64,000 nt of DNA, taken from NCBI GenBank assembly GCA_965112155.1, contig OZ218109.1. One strand, given 5' to 3'. This document shows, piece by piece, positions 50,359-62,400 of the stretch (positions within the stretch are counted from its first letter, which is position 1; each line of letters starts with the position of its first letter). The translations under genes and the position numbers were made by a program. The notes beneath the pieces are model-generated. The model was given only the letters and a program-made list of their open reading frames with translations, did no database searches and was not told the DNA's origin. The stretch is from Podarcis liolepis (lineage: Eukaryota).

Positions 50359-50611
50359 CAGTGGTACCTTGGGTTTAAGAACAGCTTAGTTTATGAACAA
50401 CTTGGATTAAGAATGTTTCAAACATGGAAGTAGGTGTTTTGGTTTGTGAACTTTGCCTTGGAATAAGAACACGTTTCGCTTCCTGTTGAGTGTGTTCCAT
50501 TTGTAAATTGAGTCCCCCGCTGCTATGGGAAAGCACACCTTGGTTTAAGAATGCTTTGGTTTAAGAACAGACTTCCAGAACGGATTAAGTTCGTAAACCA
50601 AGGTACCACTG
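50359..50611. mobile_element. Tigger/pogo-like MITE inserted in the L2 3' region
   Basis: cagtggtaccttgg..ccaaggtaccactg|ta. Confidence 0.8.
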
Positions 50612-51344
50612 TATTAAAAGCAGCTTACAACTCCCAGATGTACCTCTGTGGGGAAGGAGTTCTGATACTTAATGGCTGCCACAGAGAAATGCCCTCTCCC
50701 CGGGTGCCATCCCCAAACCTCTGAGAACTGCCAGGTAGGCCCTCGCTGCTGATCTCAGCACTCAAGGGGGTTTGTAGGGAAGGAGGAAGGTTGTTTCAGT
50801 TATTCAGGGCCTAAGTCGTTCAGGGCTTCAAACACCAACATGAGCTCCTTGAATTGGGCCCAGAAACAAACCACCAACCAGGGCAGACCTAAATGGAACC
50901 CCAGTCAGTAATCTGGTCTCTGCATTTCGGACAAACTGAGGTTTGCGAGTCGTCTTCAAGGGCAGCACCACGCAGAGCGCGTTGCAATAATCCAATATAA
51001 AAGTTATGAGAGTACAGTGGCCAAGTCAGCTCTGTCCAAAAAAGGTCACAGCCGGCAAAGTAGCTAAAAAAGGTACTCCTTGCCACTGCTTCCTGTGACA
51101 GTGTCAAATCCAGAACCCTTAAACTGTGAACCTGCTGCTTCCAGGGCAGGCCACCTCCCCACTTTCAGGACATGAGAACCTAACACCCTTGTCTCTTCAG
51201 GATTTGGTTTTTTTGGGTCCTATTCCAACCCATCACTGCCTCCAAGCACTGGTCTTAGCACCTCAACTGCCTCTCCTTATTCAGATGGAACAGAGAGACA
51301 GAGCTGGATGCCATCTGCATATGGAAGACACCTTACTCCTAATC

Positions 51345-51731
51345 CAGGCTTCCTCAAACTCAGCCCTCCAGATGTTTTTGGCCTACAACTTCCATGATCC
51401 TTAGCTAGTGTGGTGTAGTGGTTAAGAGCGGTAGTCACGTAATCTGGGTAACCGGGTTCGCGTCTCCGCTCCTCCACATGCAGCTGCTGGGTGACCTTGG
51501 GCCAGTCACACTTCCTGAAGTCTCTCAGCCCCACTCACCTCACAGAGTGTTTGTTGTGGGGGAGGAAGGGAAAGGAGATTGTTAGCCGCTTTGAGACTCC
51601 TTAAAGGGAGTGAAAGGCGGGATATCAAATCCAAACTCTTCTTCTTCTTCTTCTTCTAGCAGGACCAGTGGTCAGGGATGATGGGAACTGTGGTCTCAAA
51701 ACATCTGGAGAGCCGAGGTTAAGGAAGTCTG
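51345..51731. mobile_element. hAT-superfamily MITE with 8-bp TSD, interrupted by a SINE
   Basis: TIRs caggcttcctcaaactc / gaggttaaggaagtctg. TSD tcctaatc at 51337-51344 and 51732-51739. Confidence 0.85.
51407..51655 (+). mobile_element. Young tRNA-derived SINE with (CTT)n tail (Squam3-like), nested in a hAT MITE
   Basis: gtgtggtgtagtggttaagagc A box, ggttcgcgtc B box, gggtgaccttgggccagtcac core, (CTT)n tail. Confidence 0.8.
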
Positions 51732-53829
51732 TCCTAATCTCTTGATGACAGCTCCCAGAGGCTTCATACAGATGGCAAATAGCATGGGGGACAAGATGGC
51801 ACCCTGTGGGACACCACAGAACAGTAGCCTCCCATGAGTACTTTCTGGAAATGACTCTGGAGGTAGGTGCGAAACCACTGAAGTATAGTGCTCCTCAAAC
51901 CCACCCTGAGATGGCTCTGAAGGATGCCATGGCCAACAGTATCAAAAGCTGCTGGGAGATCAAGGAGAGAAAGCAGGGTTGCGTTACCCCCCCCCCAATC
52001 TCTCTCCTGATAAATGTTATCAGAAAAGGCAACCAAGGCAGTTTCAGCTCCATGACCATGCCTGAAGCCAGACTGGAACAATAAAAAAGTTACCATAAAA
52101 ACAGAAATTCATAAATAACAGGGTTCTTATGGGCCAGGAAAAGCCTAGGCTAAAAATGTGCATCTTCACATGTTGGAATTTGTTGTTTTTATTCTGCAAT
52201 TATTATTGTTTTTTGAACATTTTACTGTTTTTGAGCTGCCTACACTGTTTGTGAACATAATATTGACATGTTGTACAAACAAGGTTAAGGAGGTTGGAAA
52301 ATATTTTTGTATCTTTTCTAACTTTGAGTTTGAGGAGAAATAACCTTGCTATCTTTCTACGAATCCAGATGTTTCCATCCTTAAGGGTTTGATTAAAGAC
52401 AGCAGGAGAAGGTGTTATAAAACATTCAGAGATGAATTTTAAGACTTTGCAGTGAAGCCAACTCTGCAATGTGTTTTACAGTTCTTCAGACCTTCAAGAG
52501 CAAGTTCAAGCTCATTAGCCTTCAGCATTTCTCTATCTTCATAAAGGAGTCTAGAGAAATGTATCTGTATTCAGTAATTTCCATATCCAATAAGTTATTT
52601 TCATTGTAACGAGTTTCGGGCTTTGTGATTTTATGAAATGCTACCACTACCCCCAAACCTCATAGGAACAGTTTCCAAAATATGCAGTTATGTACAAGAT
52701 CAACATTTTGTCTTCAGCACAACAGAGGCTGCAATATCCATTTTCCAATTTCTTTTTCTTTTTTAGAAAGAAGAACGAAAGAAAATGCATTAGTAACTGA
52801 TCTTGCAAATCAAAACAAATTCAGGCCTGCCTGGCTCTCCTATGTACTAATTCAGCATCTCTGGAGTTTGTTGTGCTTCCATATTTGCAATTCTTTGTCC
52901 TCTGCCAAAGCCAAATAAAACTATAAAACAGCTTCAGATTAAAACAAGAACAACGAGAAACATAACCTTTTCAGTATCAAATGGCATTGTCAAGCAACCT
53001 GATTTTTAAAGATATGTTTTCTATTATAAGACTATGGAACAGGTTAGCATGAAACTAATACAAAAGAAAAGCAAAAGAATGCACAAATCATCCCTTGCCA
53101 TTTGTACAAGATTACACCTGTAAGCAGATGTTGTATTAAAAATAAGAACACTGGACTTCAGGGGGAATAAATATATTGCATATTCACTTTCCCCCCATTG
53201 CTTGCTCTCCAGCTCACTAAAGGAAAATAAACATGTTGTGGCTTATCGCCTCTCCCCACCCTGACTCGATCCACATATAGCAAGATACAAATATATTTGC
53301 AATTCTTATGACACTGGGTTCTTAAGCACTGACAAATATTCATACACTGAGAATTGGTAGGCTGCAACAGGCTCTGGTGTTCCTACTTAGGCTGGAAAAA
53401 GCTGTTATATTTTATGTAGTTCCTTTGATTAGTGGAATACTTTAAGTTGGGGCCATGCTTGCACACACCCCATACTTTCAGAGCACATGACTTTTTCCAA
53501 AGAATCCTGGGAACTGCAGTTTACCCCCACAGTACTGCAATGCACGGCACTCTTAAGCTATACTTCCCATAATTCTTTGGGGGTAAAGTCATGAGCTTTA
53601 AATGTGGTTTAAATGGTGTGTACACAGCCAGCTGAGGAATAAAGCATATGCACTGTATGACAAAATTTCCATGTTCAATCTCTAGGTTTTTTGTTTTTGC
53701 TTTTAAAAAAGATGGATACTGAGTGACAGGACACTTCTGCCTGAGGTGGGAGAGCCATTGCCAGTCCAAGTGCACAGTAAAGGGTTACTCTGACAGGATA
53801 TAGGGCAGCTTCCTACTTCTACAGTAATA

Positions 53830-54061
53830 CAGTGGTACCTCTGGTTAAGAACTTAATTCATTCCGGAGGTCCACTCTTAACCTGAAACGGTTCTTAACCT
53901 GAGGTACCACTTTAGCTAATGGGGCCTCCTTCTGCCGCTGCACAATTTCTGTTCTCATCCTGAGGTAAAGTTCTTAACCAGAGGTACTACTTCCCGGGTT
54001 AGAGGAGTCTGTAACCTGAAGCGTTTGTAACCCGAAGCATTTGTAACCCGAGGTTCCACTG
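53830..54061 (-). mobile_element. Tigger/pogo-like MITE (TA TSD)
   Basis: ta|cagtggtacctc..gaggttccactg|ta; reverse complement of the 60731 copy. Confidence 0.85.
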
Positions 54062-57000
54062 TATAGGCTACTAGCGTGCGGCAATTTTAAAGCTAAGGTG
54101 GTAAATATGCATAGGCCAAGTCATGGTTGGACTGAGTCTCATGACTTGACCAGATAGCTTCCCTGGAGAGGGGGGAAACAAGGCTGAGGAATGCAAACTG
54201 TCTGCCTTGGACCCTTTCATAGCCTTAACACCCAACTGCAGTTTCCCTCAAACTTTCCCACAGAGTGCAGAGATGAAGGATAGCTCCTCTTCACCAGAGC
54301 CAGAAACATCTCCCCCAGTTTATTGTGCTGTGACACACTGCTTCAAGTCTGGCTGTGCAGAAGAGTGGGCTGCAGCCTCAAACCCTTCAGTGCAGCACGG
54401 GAGGGTATGCGCATGTGTTAAAACATGAATCTGAGCAGTACTGCTCTACCAAACAAAAGGTGACCATTCTAGGAAATGTCCCCAGACAAATCCTCACCCA
54501 GGGCTGGCCCTACCATGAGGCAGCGTGAGGTGGCTGCTTCAGGCGGCAGACGTTGGGGTGTGGGGCAGGCTGTGGCAGGGAGGTGTTGAAGAGAGGATGG
54601 TGTGCCACACAGCCTGCCCCATACCCTCTAAGCCAGCATGCTATCCTCGGGTGCAATGAAGAATGTTGTCCTGTTGTTAGCGTTGAAGTAAAATTTAACT
54701 ACCTGTCCAGTCAGCTTCACTATGCATGGAGTGGGAGAGGATGCCATCTTGGCCTTTGTGTCAGACAGCAAAATGCCTTGACAGGAATAATGAGCACAGA
54801 GTTATCCGATAGCAGGTTATCGAGTGCTACAGAAAAGGTCTGAATAAAGGCATGAGTTTTGAGAAAGGAAATGATAGTGGCCAAAGAGCAGGAGTAAGTA
54901 GCAACTGCCAAGGCCACAGAGGCCTGAGCAACAAACAGGTCATTGGAGTGGTTGCCTTGCCTGTAAGCATCATGAAATACAGAGCCAAGAGGGAAAGCAT
55001 TTTGGGAAGGGTATGAATCCAACTTTTTTTCTTGAACCAAGAACAGTATTGTCCCTTTAATTAGAAGTTTGAGAACCGCTGTTGTTTTACTTTCTGGGAC
55101 ATGCTGAAATGCTGCCTTAGGCTTCATTATGCCAAAATGTAATGAAATACGCAGAACGTTCTATAGCAGCAACCACAATGGCAACGTTTGCCTACAAACC
55201 TGAGGAAAATATGTCTAAATTGGGGCCTTTTTACAGTGAGTGTGTGGGAAGGGGGAAGTGCCCCAAATCACTCTCTGAAAGAAATTCTAGAGAGCCCAAC
55301 TGGCAGAAATTGAGAAGGGGAATGGAGTCTGTGTGCGACAAACAATCTATGCCTATAGCTCTAATTGCCAAGATGAGTTGCTGCAGGGGTCACCGTGGGT
55401 CACCCTTGAGAAGCACATAGAGCTGATGAAAGAAGTCTTTCCCACTTCCTCTCTCAGTTTCAGGTGCTTTTCAAGGTTCTGATTAATTCATCGGAACCCA
55501 ACTTTTAACCCAGATCAATTGGGAAAGTGAAGTGTATGCCTGCACACTTTCTATTTTGCGATATCTGTGATGGTGGTGATGGTGGGGAGGGGGAGCTGAT
55601 CTGGGCCAGGGGGGAGGGTGAAAGAAAAGTGACCAGAGGGTGGCACTCATGACACTTGCTCAAAACTCCAAAAAGGCGGCTGACCTCTGGCTTACTTACT
55701 GCACATGGGGGAAGATACCTTCCACATCGCTACAAGAACTGGCATGGGTATTCTACAGTGAAAGGACCCCACATGCTATGTCCTTCCAGCTAGTGCAGTC
55801 ATGGTGGTGCAACATCCACAATTTGGAGGAACTGTTTGCATTGACCTCATCAATGGTGTAGTGCCAAATTTTGAACTGGAGGTGTTCGTGATGGCAGGCC
55901 CCACAGCCATGCACCAAGGAGCGTCCAAAAATGCAGCCGGTTGTGTTGACCCATTATTACATATGCACAGATACAAACACGCTCCAAAGAGCAGCAGTAC
56001 CTAATACCACCCAGTTTGTGAGCATCAAGCTGAGTGTAACCCTCTGCATAGATTCATGAGTGCAAGCTTTGCTGCTCTCGGTGGTGCTTACTTCTGACTG
56101 CATGCTCTCAGCTTCAGCTTGGAAGGCACATTGGTCTTTCACAAAAAAAGATGTTCAGCCAGCTGGAAGGCAGCCGTCAGCTTTTAATTAGAAACGCAAA
56201 CGGTCTTGAAAAGAAGGTTTTCCATTTAAACCATTAAAACATGAAGTAGGAACCTCATCGAAGAAAAGAGAGAGAAAGAGAGGAAATATCCAGCTTTTGC
56301 TACCCCCTTTGCCCTGTGCTAACCTTTCACAAACAAAACTGAAAACCTCATTCTCATTCACTTGGACTGAAGATGGTCCAAGAGTTATGAGGTGCTCTTG
56401 TAGATTATGCCATTACTCCCGCTTCAAAAAAGTCCTGGAACTGAACACCCCAACCCAACGCTATACCACTGGATCCTAAGGTAGAAAGGGGGACATGCAG
56501 AATGGCTTTCCAATTATTAGGTAGCATTTGCAATTCCCATCCCCCCCTATGCCTCAGCCACCACCACATACATTCACTGTCTTTCACATTTTAGAAACCC
56601 TTTCACCTTTACTAGTGATCCACAGATGCCTCACTGAAGTTGCTACATCCCAGATGAAATAAAGGCATCCACCACCACACCCAGTCAACATCCATACTTC
56701 ATGGCTGTTTGGTTTTAAACAGCTAATTCGTGGCTTCCTTTTGACTGGAGAGGTAGCAGCAAATTAACAGCTCATTTGTTACTTATTAGCCCACTCTCCT
56801 CGCAGAATCAGACCCAATATGTCAGAGACCACATTCAAAAGCTCAGGGAGGCACCTGGGTGTGAACAAATTCAGAGCACAGTGGAAACCGAGTAATATAT
56901 TCTGGAAGTCGACAAAAGCCAAGCGAGCATATTTCATTCCTCCCGTTATGCGTCACACAAAATTATAGTTTTGCTTTCTCAAGATTATGCCAGCCTATAA

Positions 57001-57927
57001 CCTCCCTTTAAAAAATAAATAAATCTATAAACCTTTTAGCCCCACACGAATTTTGCATCTCTCTCCACAGCCATGGCTTACCTTACATGCTCTAGAAAAG
57101 CTCACTTTTCTAGCAGGAGTCTTTGAGGTAGTGCAACACTTGTGTCTAATGCTGCCCTTCAGGTCTCCCAAAAAACTGAACTGACATGCTCCCGTTTGCC
57201 GAGAGAAGTTTCAGCAGGAAAAAAAAATGAGGAGGTCTGAAGGAGGAGCTGCCGCCTCATTCAAACGATTTCACGGCCATTTGGAAGCTTTTGCTTTCAC
57301 TGCACAAAAGTTAAATCTGAGCATAGGCGGCGTTTTCCTGCCCTGTTCCGGAAATCAGGATAACCAAAACCAATGCTGAGCTAACGAGAAATGCTTCTTC
57401 CATGTGTTCTGCTTGGCAGACACCACAAGCCATGGCAAGGAAACACGTGATGTTTATAAATACAATATGGCTTGTGTTGTCATAACCTCTCAATGACAAA
57501 GCACTAGAAAGAAGAAGACAGCGATGCTGCGGGAAGGATGAGGTTTGGTATCCTGCGGACAGTCGATATTGAGCCGACGTGCAGGCACATCTCTCCCCTA
57601 AAGTAAACAGAGTCCCAAGCCAAGTAGCAGGAGCAGAGAAGCACCATATGGGACCTTTTAAACCAATTTGAAGGAGCCTCAGCCAGACCAGACTTTAAAA
57701 AATACCAATTGCTTAAATATCTGCTTTCCGCGCCAGATAACGGGTCCAGTGTTGCAACTCTAAAACAAACGACTTGTTTGTGGGGATTGCTGGCAGTTCT
57801 GCAATCCTGATCCAGGACATTTGCCTGACTTCTTCTCTTTCCTCCTTCAAAAGAAAAGGAAAGGGGGGTGAGGCAGTTGGGAAGGAAGCACTTTTTCATC
57901 TTGCTTTTCCGGCTTGATTTATTGAAT

Positions 57928-58310
57928 ATAAGAACATATGAGCCCTGCTGGATGTGGCCAAAGGTCCATATAGCCCAGCATCCTGTTCCCACATTGGCCA
58001 ACCGGATGCCTGTAGGAAGGACACCCTCTGCCCCTTCTGCAGTTTCCAGCAAGTGGAATTCAGAAACATTCAGTGGAGGGAGAACGTAGCCAGTGTGGCT
58101 AGCAGCCACTGACAGCCTTATCCTCAACGAATTTGTCTAAGCCTCTTTAAGGCATTCAGGAGGGTGGCCATCGCTCTATCTCTGGGGAGCAGATTCCACA
58201 GGTTAACTATGCTCTGTGTGAAGTTCTCTCTTTTGTGCATCCTGAGACCTCCATCACTCTGCTTTATTAGATGTCTCAGAGTTCCAGCATTATGAGAGCG
58301 GGAGAAAACT
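57928..58310 (-). mobile_element. CR1 LINE 3' end
   Basis: ataagaacata..gccctgctggat..ccaaaggtccat..agcatcctgttccc..aatttgtctaa..ttccacaggttaactat. Confidence 0.75.
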
Positions 58311-58566
58311 CATACCCTTCTATCATATCCTCAGCTGCTGGCCTTCCCCTCCACCCCCCCCCAAAAAAAGCCTCCAAATATTACAACCGATCTATATAGA
58401 TGAGATACTGACTGAAATGAGCACGAGGGACAGGGCAGTCCTGCTTACTACAAGAAGAGCCCTTGGAGTGCATCCTCTGAGCCCAATTCTCCCTTGATCC
58501 TTTGAGCCCCAGTCTGAAGAGATGAAAGAAGTAAGCCAGCCACTACACTTGCCAGGCCTGGCCATT

Positions 58567-58567
<1 letters not shown>

Positions 58568-58601
<34 letters not shown>
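58568..58601. repeat. (GT)n microsatellite
   Basis: Direct inspection. Confidence 0.95.
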
Positions 58602-58604
<3 letters not shown>

Positions 58605-59025
58605 ATTGACACGCTGCCCCATTTTCTCAGGGATGCTCTCCAGTGCCAAGGCTATATAAACACCAGCAGCTTAAAGCACAGTGAAGACATCCGCAGCTCC
58701 CACAATTCTGCATTTCAAGTCACATTTGCCCATTGTTGTACACACCTGAAAGGGGGTGGGAATATCTTCACCTAACACACATTTTATGTTTGGTTTCCTC
58801 ATGCCTGCAACCGTCCCGTCCCCCAGCCCCCCCCTATTCAATGAACTGCTTTCTGAGCACATGCAATGGCTAACGCGAATGTACACACCTCAGCTTAACT
58901 GAGAAGTGAATGTACCTCGCATCTTCAGATCTGATGGAAACTAGTTGGAAGGGAAATGCATCAAACGGCAGCATCTCACAAGAAACAAGAAGATAGTTAT
59001 GGATTGTAGCTAACCTCCACGTGTA

Positions 59026-59382
59026 AAGGTAAAGGTAAACTGGACCATTTGGTCCAGTTGTGACCGACTCTGGGGTTGTGGCGCTCATCTTGCTTTATTG
59101 GCCGAGGAAGCTGGCGTTTGTCCGCAGACAGCTTCCGGGTCATGTGGCCAGCATGACTAAGCTGCTTCTGGCGAACCAGAGCAGCACACGGAAACGCCAT
59201 TTACCTTTCCGCTGGAGCAGTACCTATTTATCTACTTGCACTTTGTGCTTTCGAACTGCTAGGTTGGCAGAAGCTGGGACCGAACAACGGGAGCTCACCC
59301 CGTCGTGGGGATTCGAACTGCCGACCTTCTTATTGGCAAGTCCTAGGCTCTGTGTTTTAACCCACAGCGCCACCCGCGTCCC
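59026..59382 (-). mobile_element. Sauria SINE, full length, 15-bp TSD
   Basis: TSD taacctccacgtgta at 59011-59025 and 59383-59397. Intact head GGGACGCGGGTGGCGCTGTGG. Confidence 0.93.
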
Positions 59383-60730
59383 TAACCTCCACGTGTACGT
59401 GGCTTCAAAATCCAGCAGTTGGGAGCACACTGTAGCCTGAGCTATGGCATACACAACCCAAGACAGCAGCATACTTGCACCCCCCCATTTTGGGGGGCCA
59501 GAGGGATTCATTTCTGTATGTTCAGCAGTCTTTTGCCATTAATAGAAATTTAGTCATTTGCCATTAGCAAAAACTGAAATCATTCATCGGTATGGGCCCT
59601 TAGGATGTCCAAACACAAGCATTCCACTTTGCAAATGTAGGAAACATATCCAACTGCTTTAAATAGGCTGTTCTTACTAGCCATTTCATGGTGGGCAGGC
59701 ACAAAACTAGACAAGAAGAAAAATGGTCAGGACAATATATATTTTTGCTTATCAGTGATATAATATAAATCCCACCCTGAAAAAAAACCATGCAGAACAA
59801 ATATACTCACAAAGTTTCAAGCAATAAATGACATCTGCACAATCTCTGGTTTTGACCTAATTTTAATTCTCCCCCTCTTTCCGCCTCTCAATTCAGTGGA
59901 GCTGGTCTCAAGCTCTCATTTCATTCAGTCCTACAACTGTCATCAGAAACATGGAGGGGAAGGATCGGCAGCATTTCAGGGAGCTTCTTGAAAGTCTTTA
60001 AATGTGACTTTCTCACATTTAATAAAAGTTAAATTAAAATACATGTTTAATGAAGTTGTGCTCACGACATGCACTGGCTACAATAAGCTCCAGAAAAATT
60101 AAAACAGCAGGAGGGGCGCCTGAATGTCTTTGGCTGTCTTGTGGATTCTGCACATCTAGTTTAAATTTGATGCATTTTTCGCTGCAATCATATGACACAG
60201 TTTCATGGCTCATCAAATTTGCAGCTCAGTTCACTGATGCTCCAGAGCCACCCATGCCACCATTTCTCCCCTATTTATCACTTCTATAGCATACTCATTT
60301 TAAAGTGTAACGTGCCTTTGCATCTATCCTCTATTATTCCTGTTCATAGATGGCTACCAGAACTGAGACTTGCCCAAGGCCACAGAAACAGTCACTGGCA
60401 GAGGTGGGACCCGTAGCCTTGAACAATCCTTCTACAAACAGTGATTCCTCAGGAATGTAACCCAGATTATTCAGGGGAAAGTATGTAGCAGCCATTAGAT
60501 GAAATGACGGATTGCATAAAATTGGGTTTGAGAAGACCATCATTTATTGGAAAGACGGCTTTCAAAAAGGTGAAAATTGCTTAAAATAAATAAATATACT
60601 GTATTTCCCCCCTCTCTCTTTTTGGTGAAATATTGGAAGTTCTAGCCACTAGGGGGAAACCTTCACCAGAAAGTTTAACCATGGGGGGAAGTAATATGTA
60701 AAAATTACCAAGTGGTGGGTTTTCCCTGTA

Positions 60731-60961
60731 CAGTGGTACCTCGGGTTACAAACACCTCGGGTTACAAACACTTCGGGTTACAGACTCTGCTAATCCGGAA
60801 GTAGTACCTCGGGTTAAGAACTTCACCTCAGGATGAGAACGGAAATCGTGCGGTGGCAGTAGAAGGCCCCATTAGCTAAAGTGGTACCTCAGGTTAAGAA
60901 CAGTTTCAGGTTAAGAATGGACCTCCAGAACAAATTAAGTTCTTAACCAGAGGTACCACTG
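60731..60961 (+). mobile_element. Tigger/pogo-like MITE (TA TSD)
   Basis: ta|cagtggtacctc..gaggtaccactg|ta. Confidence 0.87.
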
Positions 60962-62120
60962 TAAACAACTGCATGAGCAGTTCTTACAATTCTGGTGATG
61001 GAACTGGAACTTTACCTAATGCTAGAAGTAGTGCTGGTGCCAGGATATTTTGTGCTGTAGGCAAGGCTAACTGCTTGCACCCCAAATACAGATAGGGTGT
61101 GTGTGTGTAAGATATAACAAAAAACCTAATCTGAATAGAACTGTGTCTCTTTTGAGGTCTGTGCCCTAGACAGCTGCCTAAGTTGGCCTAATGACAGCAG
61201 ACGCCTTGGCTAGAAGTCATTGTTTTTGCAAATACGTGAATGAATAGAGAATTTAAGCTGCGCAAAACAGGAAGGTAAGGCATCAAGGTAATACATGTGG
61301 CAGGTAACAGTTTTTCATCAGCAAATAGATACAATTCCATTTCCAGTGAAAGAAAGGGCTCAGTGTGGCTCTTTAACAGTCTGCACCTGAACTTTAGACA
61401 CAGTGGGACTTTTTATTACTTTACTCTTCCTGAAATAAACTGCGTATGCAGTGAGGAAGTGGAATGAATTAATATCTTGACTCCCCCCCCCCCCCAAACA
61501 GCAAGGGTAATAACATTTTCCAGGAAGAAAAAAAAAAGCTTCCAGGAAGAAAAAAAAAAAGCTTCCTTAGATTTAAGCAAGGGATATGTATGTCTGAGGA
61601 ATAGAAGCCACGTAAGAGATAACCCTTAAATCCAGCTGCCCCTTCTGAAAAGGAGTAAATTGGAAAATGAGAAGATGAAAAGGAGAAGGTGGACAAGGAC
61701 GGACTTCCATGGAAAGGCTTCGATCGTGTGTTTGGCATTTCTTGCCTCTGAAGTGGTTTTACCCTCTACGAATGAGAAATCTTATTACAACTGGAGAAGC
61801 ATTAAGAGTTCCAGTTTCTGAGGACGGAAGGACAGTCTTGCCTGTTAATAGATGTTGGACCTACAAAGAAGTCTTTGCTTTGTGCACATAAAACTCCCAC
61901 TTGTTCCATTACAAGTAAAGGGGAGCCAGGGAAAGATACCTCACCCAGCTTGCCTTTCACTATCCTGCTAATGTTTTCTCCATGCTGCTTCACCGATGCC
62001 CCTCCTCCTCCTCCTCCTCCCTGCCCATTTTTTATGAGCTAAATGTAACAAAAGCAGGTAACTGGGCGCTTCTTCCATGAGGTCTCTGTCCCATTCTGCT
62101 AGGTTTTTAGAGGCACTTAC

Positions 62121-62400
62121 CTGAAAGAACCGTTCCTTGAATGTGAACGCCATTCTGTCCATCTCCCCAATGGCTGCCCAAGTTCTGACTCTGCTTAGCT
62201 CGTGAAAGCTAATAACATCACAGCTCCAAGCGAGCTGGCTGCAGATCAGGAAATGAATTTTCTTGGCAGAGGTGCACATTTTAACATGCCACCTGCCGTG
62301 TGACATACCTCCACAGAGTCACTGGAGAGCCGGGCAGAAGTAGAGAGAGAAACCGTTTCACAGAAAGCAACACCTCGCTGCCCAGCGTATATATATAGAA
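62121..62400 (-). promoter_or_regulatory. KIAA1217: Candidate internal promoter and alternative first exon of KIAA1217
   Basis: TATATATATA at 62388-62397. Perfect donor CAG|GTAAGT at 62121/62120. Open phase-0 frame (...MDRMAFTFKERFFQ) compatible with the 27044 exon. No recognised repeat; MCAT-like CATTCC/GGAATG motifs near 62615 and 62807. Confidence 0.5.

Larger units (their letters stand above)
50290..52085 (-). mobile_element. Decayed L2-clade LINE fragment (RT to 3' end), interrupted by MITEs and a SINE
   Basis: ORFs 51764-52096 (FQSGFRHGHGAETAL..LLDLPAAFDTV) and 51696-51878 (GVPQGAILSPMLF) are RT motifs. 50920-51000 encodes an LDYCNAL-type L2 segment. Confidence 0.8.

Noticed and set aside
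57504-58127. 207-aa minus-strand ORF
   Set aside because: About a third overlaps a CR1 3' end; no recognisable protein motif or splice support.
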